Origin: Candidatus Omnitrophota bacterium
GTDB taxonomy: Bacteria; Omnitrophota; Gorgyraeia; Tantalellales; Tantalellaceae
Assembly: GCA_035403965.1 (NCBI GenBank)
Contig: DAONGE010000004.1
Span: forward strand, 18,306-82,305
Direction: 5' to 3'
DNA length: 64,000 nucleotides
The notes below the pieces were generated by a model. It worked only from the letters and a program-made list of their open reading frames with translations, made no database searches and had not been told where the DNA came from. Position 1 is the stretch's first letter; every line of letters begins with the position of its first letter. A program made the position numbers and the translations under genes. Of the stretch, positions 31,921-42,072 are shown piece after piece.

Positions 31921-32270
31921 TACCTTACGGGGCGAGAAGTGAGAATTTGAGCCTTTAATTTAGCGAAGTTTCCCAGTCAGCGCGGAAACGATCCAAAACA
32001 AAGATGCGGATGGCGACTAAAGACGCAATGTCTGAAGAAGTACCTCGAGCTCCGCCGAGCGGGTTCTCCCATACATAGCTACGGCGGGCATGTCAGATTT
32101 GCCGTTATCCGATTAAAAATAATTTACGCATCAGCGCGAGTCAAACACCGGAAGCTTAGAAATGAAAAGGCGAATCGGATATGCCCGCCGTAGCTATTTC
32201 GCACCTGACACACCTAGAGTCATCCATAATTTAAACATTTGGCATTTCATAGATACGCTGTATAATTGTT
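31921..32270. repeat. mosaic intergenic repeat, copy D (module 2 plus hairpin element)
   Basis: Module 2 at 32015-32091. Hairpin with 18-bp stems 32074-32091/32181-32197 enclosing the conserved motif at 32116-32153. Confidence 0.6.
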
Positions 32271-32276
32271 TCAATC

Positions 32277-32852
32277 ATGGCGGCATTTTTAACATCTTTT
32301 ATTTTTGTTCTTCTCGCGGAGATGGGTGACAAAACCCAGCTCCTCGTTATGGCTTTTGCCGCCAGGTACAGCATCGGGAAAGTGCTTTTGGCTGTTTTTC
32401 TCGCAACGGTCGCGAATCATTCTTTGGCGGTCGTAACGGGACACCTGTTAACAAAGATCATTCCCTTGAACATCGTATCTTTGCTCGCTTCATTATCTTT
32501 TATCATTTTCGGCCTATGGACCTTACGAGAAGAAGAGGCTCATACGGCGGATAAACAGGAAAACCGTTTCGGACCGATACTGACAGTCGGGATAGCGTTC
32601 TTTTTAGCGGAAATGGGCGACAAAACCCAACTCGCGGCGATGAGCCTAGCCGCTACGTACAAAAATATGTTTTTCGTTCTCGCTGGGACTACTTTGGGAA
32701 TGATGGTCGCAAACGCTATCGGTCTTGCCGTCGGAATGCTACTGCATAAACACGTTCCCGAGAAATCCATCAAATGGATCGCAGCGATAGTGTTCATTTT
32801 GTTCGGTCTATTCGGGATATTTGAGTATATCCGCACAACATTTTTTATCTAG
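32277..32852 (+). CDS. UPF0016/GDT1 (TMEM165)-family cation transporter
   Basis: Two E-x-G-D-K-T repeats (LAEMGDKTQL twice) across 6 TM helices. Confidence 0.8.
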   Translation: MAAFLTSFIFVLLAEMGDKTQLLVMAFAARYSIGKVLLAVFLATVANHSLAVVTGHLLTKIIPLNIVSLLASLSFIIFGLWTLREEEAHTADKQENRFGPILTVGIAFFLAEMGDKTQLAAMSLAATYKNMFFVLAGTTLGMMVANAIGLAVGMLLHKHVPEKSIKWIAAIVFILFGLFGIFEYIRTTFFI

Positions 32853-33198
32853 CAGCGACAGGAACTATCTTCTTATTCCCGCTGCCTGCTATATTGCATT
32901 TGGCCACTATATTCAGCGTCTCGCCGGGCTTTATATCTTTGGCTTTATATGCAACGGTTTGTGTTTCCTTGTTATCTTGTTTTACCGGCTTTTGTTCGAA
33001 AAGTTTTTCTGATCCCGAAAATATTGTGACATCGTTTATAAAATGTTTTTCCGGATTCGCGACCTTGTGGTAGATCACGGCCGTCACGGTTTTGGTATTT
33101 TTATCGTACGTCGCTTCTATTTTCTGAGGTGGATGTGCTAGCGCCGATTGCGCGTACGCCACAACGAACAACATTAGAATTATTACGGTCTTTTTCAT
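32845..33198 (-). CDS. hypothetical secreted protein
   Basis: 117 aa with a signal peptide (MKKTVIILMLFVVAYAQSALA). Confidence 0.45.
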   Translation of the reverse strand: MKKTVIILMLFVVAYAQSALAHPPQKIEATYDKNTKTVTAVIYHKVANPEKHFINDVTIFSGSEKLFEQKPVKQDNKETQTVAYKAKDIKPGETLNIVAKCNIAGSGNKKIVPVAAR

Positions 33199-33210
33199 TT
33201 TCCCTCCTGA

Positions 33211-33405
33211 TCACATTTCAGTCATTATCACTATTACAAAATGCGTGGTTCCAAGAACCAAGGTCGTAACCCCAAGCGCTATGTGCCACGACAATTTGAG
33301 CCACGGGATATTGAATTTCATGATCGCGTATCCGGTAACAACGGTAAGAAACAATGTTACATATGTTATCATTCCGAGAGGTGCTATCAATCTGCCCAAA
33401 CCCAT
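33211..33405 (-). CDS. hypothetical small membrane protein (64 aa)
   Basis: Two TM helices. Directly upstream of, and co-oriented with, the 32845..33198 gene. Confidence 0.35.
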   Translation of the reverse strand: MGLGRLIAPLGMITYVTLFLTVVTGYAIMKFNIPWLKLSWHIALGVTTLVLGTTHFVIVIMTEM

Positions 33406-33543
33406 GTCTCCCCCTTTGTTCTCTAACTATTATGTTACCATGCTTTCCCGATTCTTCAAATATTTTGCCTCCTTGTTTTCTTTTTGGATTAATGTAAAAT
33501 TTATCTATACGAGATAGCGCTATTTTTCAAAAAAGGAGAAAAA

Positions 33544-34095
33544 ATGTTTCGTTCATTTATTCCAAAAAGCTTCTTCGTGTCTTTGATCTGTTGTTCTCTT
33601 TTATTCGCGAGTTCCTCTTTCGCGGGCACCGCTAAAGAAATTGACGCCAGCGTCGACGCGGCCTTAGATAAATTCGACGCGATCAAGGGTGGATCCGACA
33701 TTATTAAAAAAGCTCAGGGCACTTTGATCTTTCCCAGTGTCGTAAAAGCCGGCCTGGGTCTCGGCGGAGAATACGGCGAAGGCGCGCTTCGCATAAAAGG
33801 CAAAACGGTTGATTATTACAACACGGCCGCAGCGTCTATCGGTTTTCAGCTCGGGGTTCAGCAAAAAACTATAATTATAGTTTTTACGAAAAAGGATGCT
33901 CTCGACAAATTCCGCGCGAGTGACGGTTGGAAAGTGGGCCTTGATGCTTCGATAGCTGTCGTGGCGGTTGGCGCAGGCGGGGCCCTCGATAGCTCTCAGA
34001 TCAATCAGCCGATCGTGGCGTTTGTTTTAGATCAAAAAGGGCTTATGTACAACTTGACTCTCGAAGGCGCAAAAATAACAAAAATAAAAAAATAG
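33544..34095 (+). CDS. SYLF (Ysc84/DUF500) lipid-binding domain protein, secreted
   Basis: Signal peptide. Gly-rich SYLF motifs (GLGLGGEYGEG, AVVAVGAGGALD). Confidence 0.7.
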   Translation: MFRSFIPKSFFVSLICCSLLFASSSFAGTAKEIDASVDAALDKFDAIKGGSDIIKKAQGTLIFPSVVKAGLGLGGEYGEGALRIKGKTVDYYNTAAASIGFQLGVQQKTIIIVFTKKDALDKFRASDGWKVGLDASIAVVAVGAGGALDSSQINQPIVAFVLDQKGLMYNLTLEGAKITKIKK

Positions 34096-34116
34096 GTTTT
34101 GTTTACAAATAAAAAA

Positions 34117-34144
34117 AGGGGCGCGAAGATTCGCGCCCCTTTTC
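34117..34144. terminator. bidirectional rho-independent terminator
   Basis: AGGGGCGCGAA-GAT-TCGCGCCCCT plus TTTT. Sits between convergent genes. Confidence 0.8.
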
Positions 34145-34158
34145 ATTCAGCATTGATA

Positions 34159-34842
34159 TTATCTGTTTTTCTTTCTTCTGGCAAAAGCCAAGGATACTCC
34201 GCCTAACAAAAACAAAGCCGATGATACCGGCTCCGGTGTAGAAAGAGATTTCGCCGTAAGTCCGTACAGATACGTTCTTGACGAATACTCCGCGCCCCAA
34301 TCCGACATAATAACACTTGTAAGATACTGTGATTTAAATTCGTCCGGCAGCGGGATCAGCTGCTTATCTACGCAGGCCCATCCGTTATCGTATACGTTCA
34401 TACTGTTCGGACTGGATAAACTATTTATGTAAGACCCATGATACCAGTCCCTTATGTCATACCCGCCTACAAATGTTTTAGTATATGTCGCTCCTTCACT
34501 ACCAATGAACGTCATCGACGCGACCTGACTGCCGTTGTATCCCCACGAAGTATTGATCAATGTATCTACCTCGGTTACGCCGTAAAGATTCATGGCAATG
34601 GTCAGCGTTTTGGTTCCACTACCGGTATTGCTGTCCCAAGTATTTAAACCCGTCGGGATAGAAAAAGGAACTCCCCCCAGCAAAATACCGTCTCCTGTCG
34701 GGTACTCCGCACAGCGGCCACTGTTGGCGCCGTTATAATCATATGCGATAGTAGTATATTTATAATCTTCCGCATAGAGCGTCGTCCCAAAAGTACCTAC
34801 TGCCACCATAATAAAAAACACCGCTATAAAAAATTTCTTCAT
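34159..34842 (-). CDS. PEP-CTERM sorting-domain protein (exosortase substrate)
   Basis: Signal peptide. C-terminal TPEP plus a hydrophobic helix plus RRKKNR. Confidence 0.75.
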   Translation of the reverse strand: MKKFFIAVFFIMVAVGTFGTTLYAEDYKYTTIAYDYNGANSGRCAEYPTGDGILLGGVPFSIPTGLNTWDSNTGSGTKTLTIAMNLYGVTEVDTLINTSWGYNGSQVASMTFIGSEGATYTKTFVGGYDIRDWYHGSYINSLSSPNSMNVYDNGWACVDKQLIPLPDEFKSQYLTSVIMSDWGAEYSSRTYLYGLTAKSLSTPEPVSSALFLLGGVSLAFARRKKNR

Positions 34843-34950
34843 TTAACTGCCTCCTTTTTTATCTCTTACCCGGGCATTTTACCATTTTCTTCTCTTAAAA
34901 TCTACCGTTTTTTTGGGGAAAATATTTTCTTGTTCCCCATAAGGAATATT

Positions 34951-35538
34951 TCATTCTACGATTTCGGACTCGGTCGCATCGGGCAAATCCCGATAGACCT
35001 CATCCGGAGTGGTCTTTTCTGTCAGTATTTTAACCACAGATAATAATGGTTTTACAAGAATGGGTTTATACACGGGCTGCTCACCGTTGTTCGCGGGAAA
35101 AGCCAACTGTTCTTTCGGAGGACAAAAATCAGAACAGATCCCTGGTTTATTTCCCCGGGGATCGACACGGTACCATCCGTATTTTTCAAGATAAACGACA
35201 TTTAATCCATGTAAACAAAATTTTTTATTTTTCTGATCGATCAGGGTTCTTTGATAACACAGCCCGGCAGGAATACCATTTGCCCGGCATAATGCCGCTA
35301 ACAAATGGCTTTTCGCAAAACAAAATCCTGTCCGTTCCGCCAGAACATCGGACGCCTTACAGGTTACCTTGTCGGTCTTGATATCCAAACTATGCTTTAT
35401 CTCATCGCGGACAAACTCGAAACATTTTTTTGCGATCTCTTCTTTATTTTTAGATCCATTAGCGATCATTCTCGCCGTTTCTAAAATCCTTTTATTCCGC
35501 CAATCTACCCATTCACTGTTTTCCAAAAAATCTTTCAC
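34951..35538 (-). CDS. transglutaminase-like cysteine protease superfamily protein
   Basis: Cys-His-Asp core pattern (GFCFAKSH ... HGLNVVY ... RVDP). Confidence 0.6.
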   Translation of the reverse strand: MKDFLENSEWVDWRNKRILETARMIANGSKNKEEIAKKCFEFVRDEIKHSLDIKTDKVTCKASDVLAERTGFCFAKSHLLAALCRANGIPAGLCYQRTLIDQKNKKFCLHGLNVVYLEKYGWYRVDPRGNKPGICSDFCPPKEQLAFPANNGEQPVYKPILVKPLLSVVKILTEKTTPDEVYRDLPDATESEIVE

Positions 35539-35567
35539 CTTAAGGCCCCTTACCTTATCGCCTACTT

Positions 35568-36146
35568 TTAATCTTCCACCTTTATCCCTAAAGAGGATAA
35601 TAAAGAAAGAACTCCGGGATATGAAAACTTCGCCCCTTTTAACTTATTGCTCATTGGATCTATATAATAATTTTCTGCTTTTTTTAGATTGGCTTTCTCC
35701 AAAACCGCATTATGGAACCTTGTCCCTTTAAGATCCGCTCCGGAAAAATCAGATTCCCCGAGATCAACATTAACAAAATCCGTTTCCCGAACAGTCGACC
35801 CTGAAAATTTACTTTTTCTCATCTTGAGCCCGTTAAAATTACAAAGCTCTATTCTACTGTTCCGGAACTCCCAGCTCAAAAGAAAAGGATTTATATCCGT
35901 GAAACAAATACCGACCAGCTTGCTTTCCTCGAATATCACGCCTCGAAATCCACATTTATCCATTTTGATATTGGCAAGATTGCAGGCCTTAAAAACACTG
36001 TCTATGAACGCAGTCCCCGAAAAATCACATCCGGCAAAATCACAGTTCTCGAATCGACAGCCCTGGAATTCTTTGCGGCATATTTTTTCCCCGGACAGGA
36101 CAATCCCCTTGAATTCTTTATTCTCATACACTTCTTCCTCGAACAT
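35568..36146 (-). CDS. pentapeptide-repeat protein
   Basis: Tandem A(D/N)LxF-type pentapeptide repeats throughout. Confidence 0.75.
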   Translation of the reverse strand: MFEEEVYENKEFKGIVLSGEKICRKEFQGCRFENCDFAGCDFSGTAFIDSVFKACNLANIKMDKCGFRGVIFEESKLVGICFTDINPFLLSWEFRNSRIELCNFNGLKMRKSKFSGSTVRETDFVNVDLGESDFSGADLKGTRFHNAVLEKANLKKAENYYIDPMSNKLKGAKFSYPGVLSLLSSLGIKVED

Positions 36147-36160
36147 GGATCCCTTTCCCG

Positions 36161-37015
36161 TTACTTTTTTGACATTTTATCCGCACCTACAAAAGATCTC
36201 GCAGTAAGCGGATTGGCCATCGTATCCGGTAGCCCCAATTTTTGAAGAACGGTCTCGCAAAGACGCATGGGATCGGCTATTCCCATCGTTTGCGTACAGC
36301 TTTGTACCGCCTGGTCGATATTAGTCAGATAGTCAATACTTGCCCCCAAAAGCCCGGCGGCGACATCTTTGCCTCTGGGGTCATCCCACGAAGACAGAAT
36401 AAAGAACGGATCATTTATTTTATTCAGTTTTTTCACGGACGCGATACTGTCCTTGATATTCTCGTACACTGGCATTTGTCCGGGCAGGAGAACGGCGTCA
36501 CCGCAAAACAATATTTTTTCTTGTTCGAAATAAAAGGACAGCGACCCGTCCGAATGTCCCGGGGTATATATCGCGGTAAGGGTTATTCCTTTTTCGACCT
36601 CTATTCTTTCCATATCCTGTATCAATCGGTCCACTTTTACAGAGCCTTCCACAAATGAGTTAAACCCTGGAACGGGCCGCATGCGGCACTGAAGCGCGAC
36701 ATCCTCTATCCAGTCTTTTTCTCCAGAATGCGCCGCGACAACACATCCCGTCTCTTTTTTGATCGTTGCGAGAGAACCGATATGATCCGGATGTGAGTGC
36801 GACAAAAGGACCATTTTGATGTCTTTGGGATTTTTCCCTATCGTTTTAAGATATTCAAATATTTTTTCGGCCGATCCGGATACGCCCGTATCCAGAAGCA
36901 TTACCTTATCTCCCACTATCGCGTAGACATACACAAACCTGTCCATCGTCCTGCCGGGAGCGATTTGTATCTTGAACGGTATCTTTATCGCGTGCACATG
37001 TTCCGTTATTCTCAT
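36161..37015 (-). CDS. MBL-fold metallo-hydrolase
   Basis: HxHxDH motif (LLSHSHPDHIG). Start moved to the internal MRITEH. Confidence 0.75.
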   Translation of the reverse strand: MRITEHVHAIKIPFKIQIAPGRTMDRFVYVYAIVGDKVMLLDTGVSGSAEKIFEYLKTIGKNPKDIKMVLLSHSHPDHIGSLATIKKETGCVVAAHSGEKDWIEDVALQCRMRPVPGFNSFVEGSVKVDRLIQDMERIEVEKGITLTAIYTPGHSDGSLSFYFEQEKILFCGDAVLLPGQMPVYENIKDSIASVKKLNKINDPFFILSSWDDPRGKDVAAGLLGASIDYLTNIDQAVQSCTQTMGIADPMRLCETVLQKLGLPDTMANPLTARSFVGADKMSKK

Positions 37016-37020
37016 CTTTC

Positions 37021-37632
37021 TCACCATTTTTCCCAATGCATAAGTTCCGGTCTGTATTTATCTTTCGGTTGATCCGCTCCCGTCGGACGCCCCACCGGGA
37101 TCACATTAAGCGGGATAACATTTTCCGGTATACCAAGAACTTTGCGCACAAATATCATTCTGTCCGGGTCAGGATACGCGGCCGTCCAAACTCCGCCAAG
37201 CCCCATCGCTTCGATCGCAAGAAGAATATTCTCACTGGCGCACGACGCGTCTAAAATTGCATATTCCGTACTTTTATTATATGCTTCCTCCGGAAGAGCG
37301 CAGACAACTATCGCAGCACCCGCTTTATCCAGCATTTTCGCGTACGGCAAACCGCCGGCCAAGGCTTTTAATTGTTCCGGTTTCGTAACAATAACAAAAG
37401 ACCATGGCTGCCGGTTCACAGCCGTAGGCGCGGCCATCCCGGCTTTCACGATAGCCGTCAACTGTTCTTTCGTAACGGTTTCTCCCGTAAAATTCCGAAC
37501 GCTTTTTCTCGTGTGTATCACCGTCATAGCGTCGGGGATATTCGTAGTTTCCACGGCAAATCCCGCAAAAGAGAACACACACATCATAACCCATATAAAA
37601 ATAGTTCCTGTGTAAATACTTTTATTTTTCAT
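37021..37632 (-). CDS. nitroreductase-family protein with signal peptide
   Basis: Nitroreductase fold (RKSVRNFTGE, NRQPWSFVIV). Confidence 0.7.
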   Translation of the reverse strand: MKNKSIYTGTIFIWVMMCVFSFAGFAVETTNIPDAMTVIHTRKSVRNFTGETVTKEQLTAIVKAGMAAPTAVNRQPWSFVIVTKPEQLKALAGGLPYAKMLDKAGAAIVVCALPEEAYNKSTEYAILDASCASENILLAIEAMGLGGVWTAAYPDPDRMIFVRKVLGIPENVIPLNVIPVGRPTGADQPKDKYRPELMHWEKW

Positions 37633-37655
37633 TGTTCCCCCTTTAAACACACTTC

Positions 37656-38213
37656 TCACTTTATTTCTAATCCGCTTTTCCAGGCTGATCCTATTTGTTT
37701 TCCAAGTGTCCAGTATTTATTGTCCGGCATGGTCAGCATGAAAGGCCGTACTTTTTCCACATCCGGTTGTCCGTTCACTAGGAATCTGTCTTCGCTATAC
37801 ACACCGGCGATCTCTCCTATATATAGCGTATCTACACCTAACGGGACGGTCTTTACCAGTTTACACTGCATCGAGACAGGACAATCTTCGATCATCGGAG
37901 CATGAGCAAGTTCGCCGTCATAGGTTTTGAATATTTTTGATTTATCCGCCTTCGCTCCGGACTTGATCCCGCAATGATCCACTTTTGCCATTATGTCTAT
38001 GCCGGGGATATTCACACTGAACATCTTATGATCCTCTATCCCTTTATTCGTATAGTGACTGCCCAGCGCGACCCCTACCATCGCCGGTTGATAATTCACC
38101 CTCGTTGCCCATGCGGCCGCCATAAAATTAGGCTTTCCGTCGACTTCGGCACCTATCAGGACCATAGTCATGGGGTAAATAAACGCGCTGTTCTCCAGTT
38201 TCTTTTTTCCCAT
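37656..38213 (-). CDS. flavin reductase-like FMN-binding protein
   Basis: Split-barrel flavin reductase family pattern. Confidence 0.6.
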   Translation of the reverse strand: MGKKKLENSAFIYPMTMVLIGAEVDGKPNFMAAAWATRVNYQPAMVGVALGSHYTNKGIEDHKMFSVNIPGIDIMAKVDHCGIKSGAKADKSKIFKTYDGELAHAPMIEDCPVSMQCKLVKTVPLGVDTLYIGEIAGVYSEDRFLVNGQPDVEKVRPFMLTMPDNKYWTLGKQIGSAWKSGLEIK

Positions 38214-38226
38214 TTCTTCCTCCGTT

Positions 38227-38925
38227 TTATTTTTCTGCGCCATATATCGCGAAATTGTATTTTTTCCAAACCACTTCTATATTTTTAAATCCTGTTTTTT
38301 TCAATGTCTCTAACTCGAACATCAGCTCCGCTGGCCGGTCCTCGCGTTTATGTTTATCCAGGACGGATATGATCTGAGTGGGGGATAAATTTTTAGCCAT
38401 AAAAGCTTTCCAGTGGTCCACGTACATCGTCTTTAAATAATCCCCTGGAGGGATAACGAAATCCGCGGTGTAGAACACCCCGCCTCGCGACATTCCGTTA
38501 TATATTTTTTTATAAAATTTCGGCTTATCTTTTTTCTCTATATGATGGAGCACGAGCGACGATATCACGGCGTCATACCGCCCCGAAAAATCCTCGTCGG
38601 CAATGTTTCCCACACGATATTCCACGTTTTTATATTTTTTAAGTTTAGCCCTGGCCATTTTTATCATTCCCTCCGCCAGATCCACGCATACGACCGACGC
38701 TTTCGGATATTTATCCAATAAAGCCTTTGTAATGTTCCCTGTTCCGCACCCCAGATCCACGACTTTGATCTTTTCGGTCTCTTTAAAAGAAAGCGCGGAT
38801 ATCAAAGCCCCTATCGCTTCTTTGTAATAAGGCGCCACTTTAAAAAAGTTCCTGTCAAATTCCCTCGCTTCTTTTTCAAAATGTTCCCTTATCTCGTCCA
38901 TACGTTGCTTGGGGTAGTTACTCAT
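38227..38925 (-). CDS. class I SAM-dependent methyltransferase
   Basis: Motif I VVDLGCGTGN. Confidence 0.8.
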   Translation of the reverse strand: MSNYPKQRMDEIREHFEKEAREFDRNFFKVAPYYKEAIGALISALSFKETEKIKVVDLGCGTGNITKALLDKYPKASVVCVDLAEGMIKMARAKLKKYKNVEYRVGNIADEDFSGRYDAVISSLVLHHIEKKDKPKFYKKIYNGMSRGGVFYTADFVIPPGDYLKTMYVDHWKAFMAKNLSPTQIISVLDKHKREDRPAELMFELETLKKTGFKNIEVVWKKYNFAIYGAEK

Positions 38926-39644
38926 TTTTCCATCGCTTTCTTTTTTAGCTCAGCCGGCATTTTTTCTATCGCGTATCTCAGCGCCGTGCGCGGCATGCGC
39001 TCTTTGTTTTTCATCACATAATTAAATACTTCTTTTTGGTGAGCCTCGCTCGCGGCCTTCAGCATCCACCCGTATCCTTTTTGTACCAGATCGTCCTCAT
39101 CTTTCAATATAATGTCCGCAATACAAAAAATGTCTTTAAGAAATTTCCCCCGTCTTGCAGGAATGATCAGCGTAACAGCCGCGGCGCGTTTTACCCACCG
39201 GTTGTCCGACACCGCCCATTTTTTCAATTCATTTATATACTCCGGGTACATTTCTATAAAAGTTCCAACCGTGTGATTACATAACGTATCGCACGCGGCC
39301 CAGTTCGACACGTATTTATGGACCCATTTTTTAAAGACTTCAAAATCTTCCGGTGTAAATTCTTTACGAAGACGGTATGCCCAGTCGCACGCCACAAAAG
39401 ATTCTTCCATATATCCGGACTTCCATAATTCTTCGCATATTTCAAATATTTCTTTTTTGTTTTTCCCTTCTATCAGCTTTAAACATTCTCGGCCGATCTT
39501 TCGAACCAGATCCGTTTTTACCCCATAAAGCTTTATCTCTTCTTTAAAAAATCTTTTCCCGCCTTCTTTTGTTTTTTGATCGGCGTTCTCTTTGAACCGT
39601 TCTCTGAGCGTTGTAAGGATTTTTTTCATTGTTCGGATATCCAT
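38922..39644 (-). CDS. DNA alkylation repair protein (AlkD-like HEAT-repeat glycosylase family)
   Basis: 240 aa. Sequence is typical of the DNA_alkylation family (NRWVKRAAAVTLIIP). Confidence 0.6.
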   Translation of the reverse strand: MDIRTMKKILTTLRERFKENADQKTKEGGKRFFKEEIKLYGVKTDLVRKIGRECLKLIEGKNKKEIFEICEELWKSGYMEESFVACDWAYRLRKEFTPEDFEVFKKWVHKYVSNWAACDTLCNHTVGTFIEMYPEYINELKKWAVSDNRWVKRAAAVTLIIPARRGKFLKDIFCIADIILKDEDDLVQKGYGWMLKAASEAHQKEVFNYVMKNKERMPRTALRYAIEKMPAELKKKAMEK

Positions 39645-40177
39645 TCTTTTGTGGTCATTACTTTACTGAAACGCATCGCCTGCGTAACAAGAATGGCCTT
39701 GTGTAATTCTTCAGCCGTGACCGCTCCTGCGTTATTCGACACATCCAGCGTTCCTGTCGCGTCGGAAAGGAATTCTACATTGAAACCTAGATGCACGGCC
39801 TGCCTCGCCGTTGTGTCGCAACACATCTGTGTCATGTATCCCGCGATCACGATGGTTTTAATTTCATTTGTCTTAAGCCATAATTCCAATCTGGTCCCGG
39901 TAAAACTGCCGGGTAAGGTTTTCTCAAACACAACATCACTTCCCCTTTTCGCGACTTCCGGATGCAGATCCCATTCATGGCTTCCTTTTTTAAATCCCGC
40001 CATAGTGGATGACGAGTGCTGAATTATCACGATCGGCAGGCCGATCTTCTTCGCTTCGTCCATCACGATTAAAATGTTATCCAGACTGTCCTTCGGATAG
40101 GTAACCTTCATTTTTCCGGAAAAATATATATTTTGCGCGTCGATTATTAAAAGCGCTTTGTTGATATTTTTATTCAT
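39626..40177 (-). CDS. isochorismatase-family cysteine hydrolase
   Basis: ALLIIDAQN ... catalytic Cys region. Internal start chosen so it overlaps the upstream gene as ATGA. Confidence 0.7.
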   Translation of the reverse strand: MNKNINKALLIIDAQNIYFSGKMKVTYPKDSLDNILIVMDEAKKIGLPIVIIQHSSSTMAGFKKGSHEWDLHPEVAKRGSDVVFEKTLPGSFTGTRLELWLKTNEIKTIVIAGYMTQMCCDTTARQAVHLGFNVEFLSDATGTLDVSNNAGAVTAEELHKAILVTQAMRFSKVMTTKEWISEQ

Positions 40178-40860
40178 TTCCTCTCTCCCACCGTTTGATT
40201 TTCCTTCGTTCCTAAATGATGCGGACACACCTCTCTGCATCGCCAGCATTGTATTTCAGGCGCTCCGTTTATTTTTTTGAACGCGTATCCCAAACACGCT
40301 TTTTGATCCATCATCTCGTCGCCTAACGCCCGTGCCGGACAATTCTCAACACACAACCCGCATGACGTGTTGCACGGAGCGTATTCCGCGGGAGCGTCCG
40401 ATTCGAGAACAAGTGCGGTTAATACCGCGCCGAACCATATCATGTTCCCGTATGTCTTATTGACAAGCAGGGTGTTCCTTCCGATTTTCCCAATTCCGGC
40501 GAGTTCCGCCGCGTGTTTAAAAGAGATCGTCCCGTGATATCTGCCGTTCTCTCCTATTTTCGTCCCTTCGCCCACCGGGTAAACATCAGACCCCGCCTCT
40601 TTAATTTTCGCGGCGACTTTTTCCAGCACCTTAGCGACTTTATTGATCGTTTCGTTCCTTATTTTCGTGTATTCCGCGGGGGCCTTATCCAACGCCGTTT
40701 TCGGGAATTCACACCCCAGAACTATCACCGATCTGCACGTCGGCATCACATCTTTAGGATGAAACCCTTTAGGCGCGCTACCAAACTTCTCTGCGGATGC
40801 TATACCAACAAGGTCCGCTCCCGCTTGCAGGCAAATATCTTTGATCTCAGTTTCTCTCAT
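40174..40860 (-). CDS. 4Fe-4S cluster-binding protein (QueG/reductive-dehalogenase-like ferredoxin domain)
   Basis: CGLCVENCP and CWRCREVCP motifs. Confidence 0.55.
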   Translation of the reverse strand: MRETEIKDICLQAGADLVGIASAEKFGSAPKGFHPKDVMPTCRSVIVLGCEFPKTALDKAPAEYTKIRNETINKVAKVLEKVAAKIKEAGSDVYPVGEGTKIGENGRYHGTISFKHAAELAGIGKIGRNTLLVNKTYGNMIWFGAVLTALVLESDAPAEYAPCNTSCGLCVENCPARALGDEMMDQKACLGYAFKKINGAPEIQCWRCREVCPHHLGTKENQTVGERK

Positions 40861-40887
40861 TCCGATCCTTGCGTTCTTTCAGTCTTC

Positions 40888-41511
40888 TCATTTTTTCCCG
40901 GTTATAATAAACACTTTGAACGCGCTTTGGACTTTATCACGATCCGGTTTTATGATCTCAGCGGCCGTGCCTGCCCGAACATCCTTAAAACCTATCCCGG
41001 ATAATCTTTTTTTAATTTCGTCTCTATTAAAACCAAAATGAAAGACACCGTCGTTGTTCTCGTGAAACCTCCCACCTTCCTCGTCCAGATCCGCAATAGC
41101 TACGTATCCGCCCGGCTTTATCATATCAAAAAAACCGGCAAGACATTTTCCGATATCCTCCACATGGTGCAAGGTCAGGCTTGTGAATATAAGATCATAT
41201 TTTTCGTCTTTAGAATAAATCTCCGTCAGCTCTTTTATACTCTTCGCTTCCACGTTCCCCATTCTTTGCGCTTCTATCTTACCGAGAAAAACCGATATCA
41301 TCCCTTCCGAAGTGTCTACTCCCGTTATCTTTTTCACTTTGTCTTTTATCGCGATCGCGACCAACCCCGTGCCGCATCCGAAATCCAGGACCGACATCTC
41401 CTTTGTCAACGGTACGCGGCTAATAACGGCCTGCGCGATATCCCGCGAGATCCCAACCCTCGGCGGGGTATCCCAGACAGCGGCTTCTTTATCAAAATCT
41501 CGTTTGTTCAT
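40888..41511 (-). CDS. class I SAM-dependent methyltransferase
   Basis: VLDFGCGTGL motif I. Confidence 0.8.
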   Translation of the reverse strand: MNKRDFDKEAAVWDTPPRVGISRDIAQAVISRVPLTKEMSVLDFGCGTGLVAIAIKDKVKKITGVDTSEGMISVFLGKIEAQRMGNVEAKSIKELTEIYSKDEKYDLIFTSLTLHHVEDIGKCLAGFFDMIKPGGYVAIADLDEEGGRFHENNDGVFHFGFNRDEIKKRLSGIGFKDVRAGTAAEIIKPDRDKVQSAFKVFIITGKK

Positions 41512-41550
41512 TTTTCTTCCATTCCAATTTTTTTGTCAGGCTGCCGAGAT

Positions 41551-42072
41551 CTACTTTGTTTTTTCCAAATACACGATCTCTATGCCGCCACATCCCTTTT
41601 GCTCTTTTTTAAATATCCTGTATCCCTGTTTTTGATACAACGCTATATTCTTCAGGCTTTTGGCTCCGGTAAAAAGCTCATACCGCTCAGCCGCGAACAT
41701 ATCCTCGATCTTACGTAACAAAGCCGTCCCTATCCCTTGATTCCTCGCTTCGGACAGCACGGCTAATCGTTCGATATAACACGTTCCGCCATCCTGATAT
41801 GCGCGAACCGTTCCCACTATTTTGTTTTTAAGAACAGCTTTTAGGATCGTCCTTGTCTTGAATTGTTCTTTCAGGTCTTCTATGGTCTGAGTAAGAGGAG
41901 CTATCTTATCATTCCCATATAATGCCGCTTCGCTTTGATATGCTTCTTTTTGAAGTGACAATATTTCTTCCGCGTCACGTATGGATGCGTTAATATATTT
42001 TATGCGCGCCGCTTCGGCGCCTTTCGGCCCCTTTCGATCTAAAAGAGCCCGAAAAAATTTAAGAACATTCAT
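41551..42072 (-). CDS. GNAT-family N-acetyltransferase
   Basis: Acetyl-CoA-binding motif (RNQGIGTALL). Confidence 0.75.
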   Translation of the reverse strand: MNVLKFFRALLDRKGPKGAEAARIKYINASIRDAEEILSLQKEAYQSEAALYGNDKIAPLTQTIEDLKEQFKTRTILKAVLKNKIVGTVRAYQDGGTCYIERLAVLSEARNQGIGTALLRKIEDMFAAERYELFTGAKSLKNIALYQKQGYRIFKKEQKGCGGIEIVYLEKTK

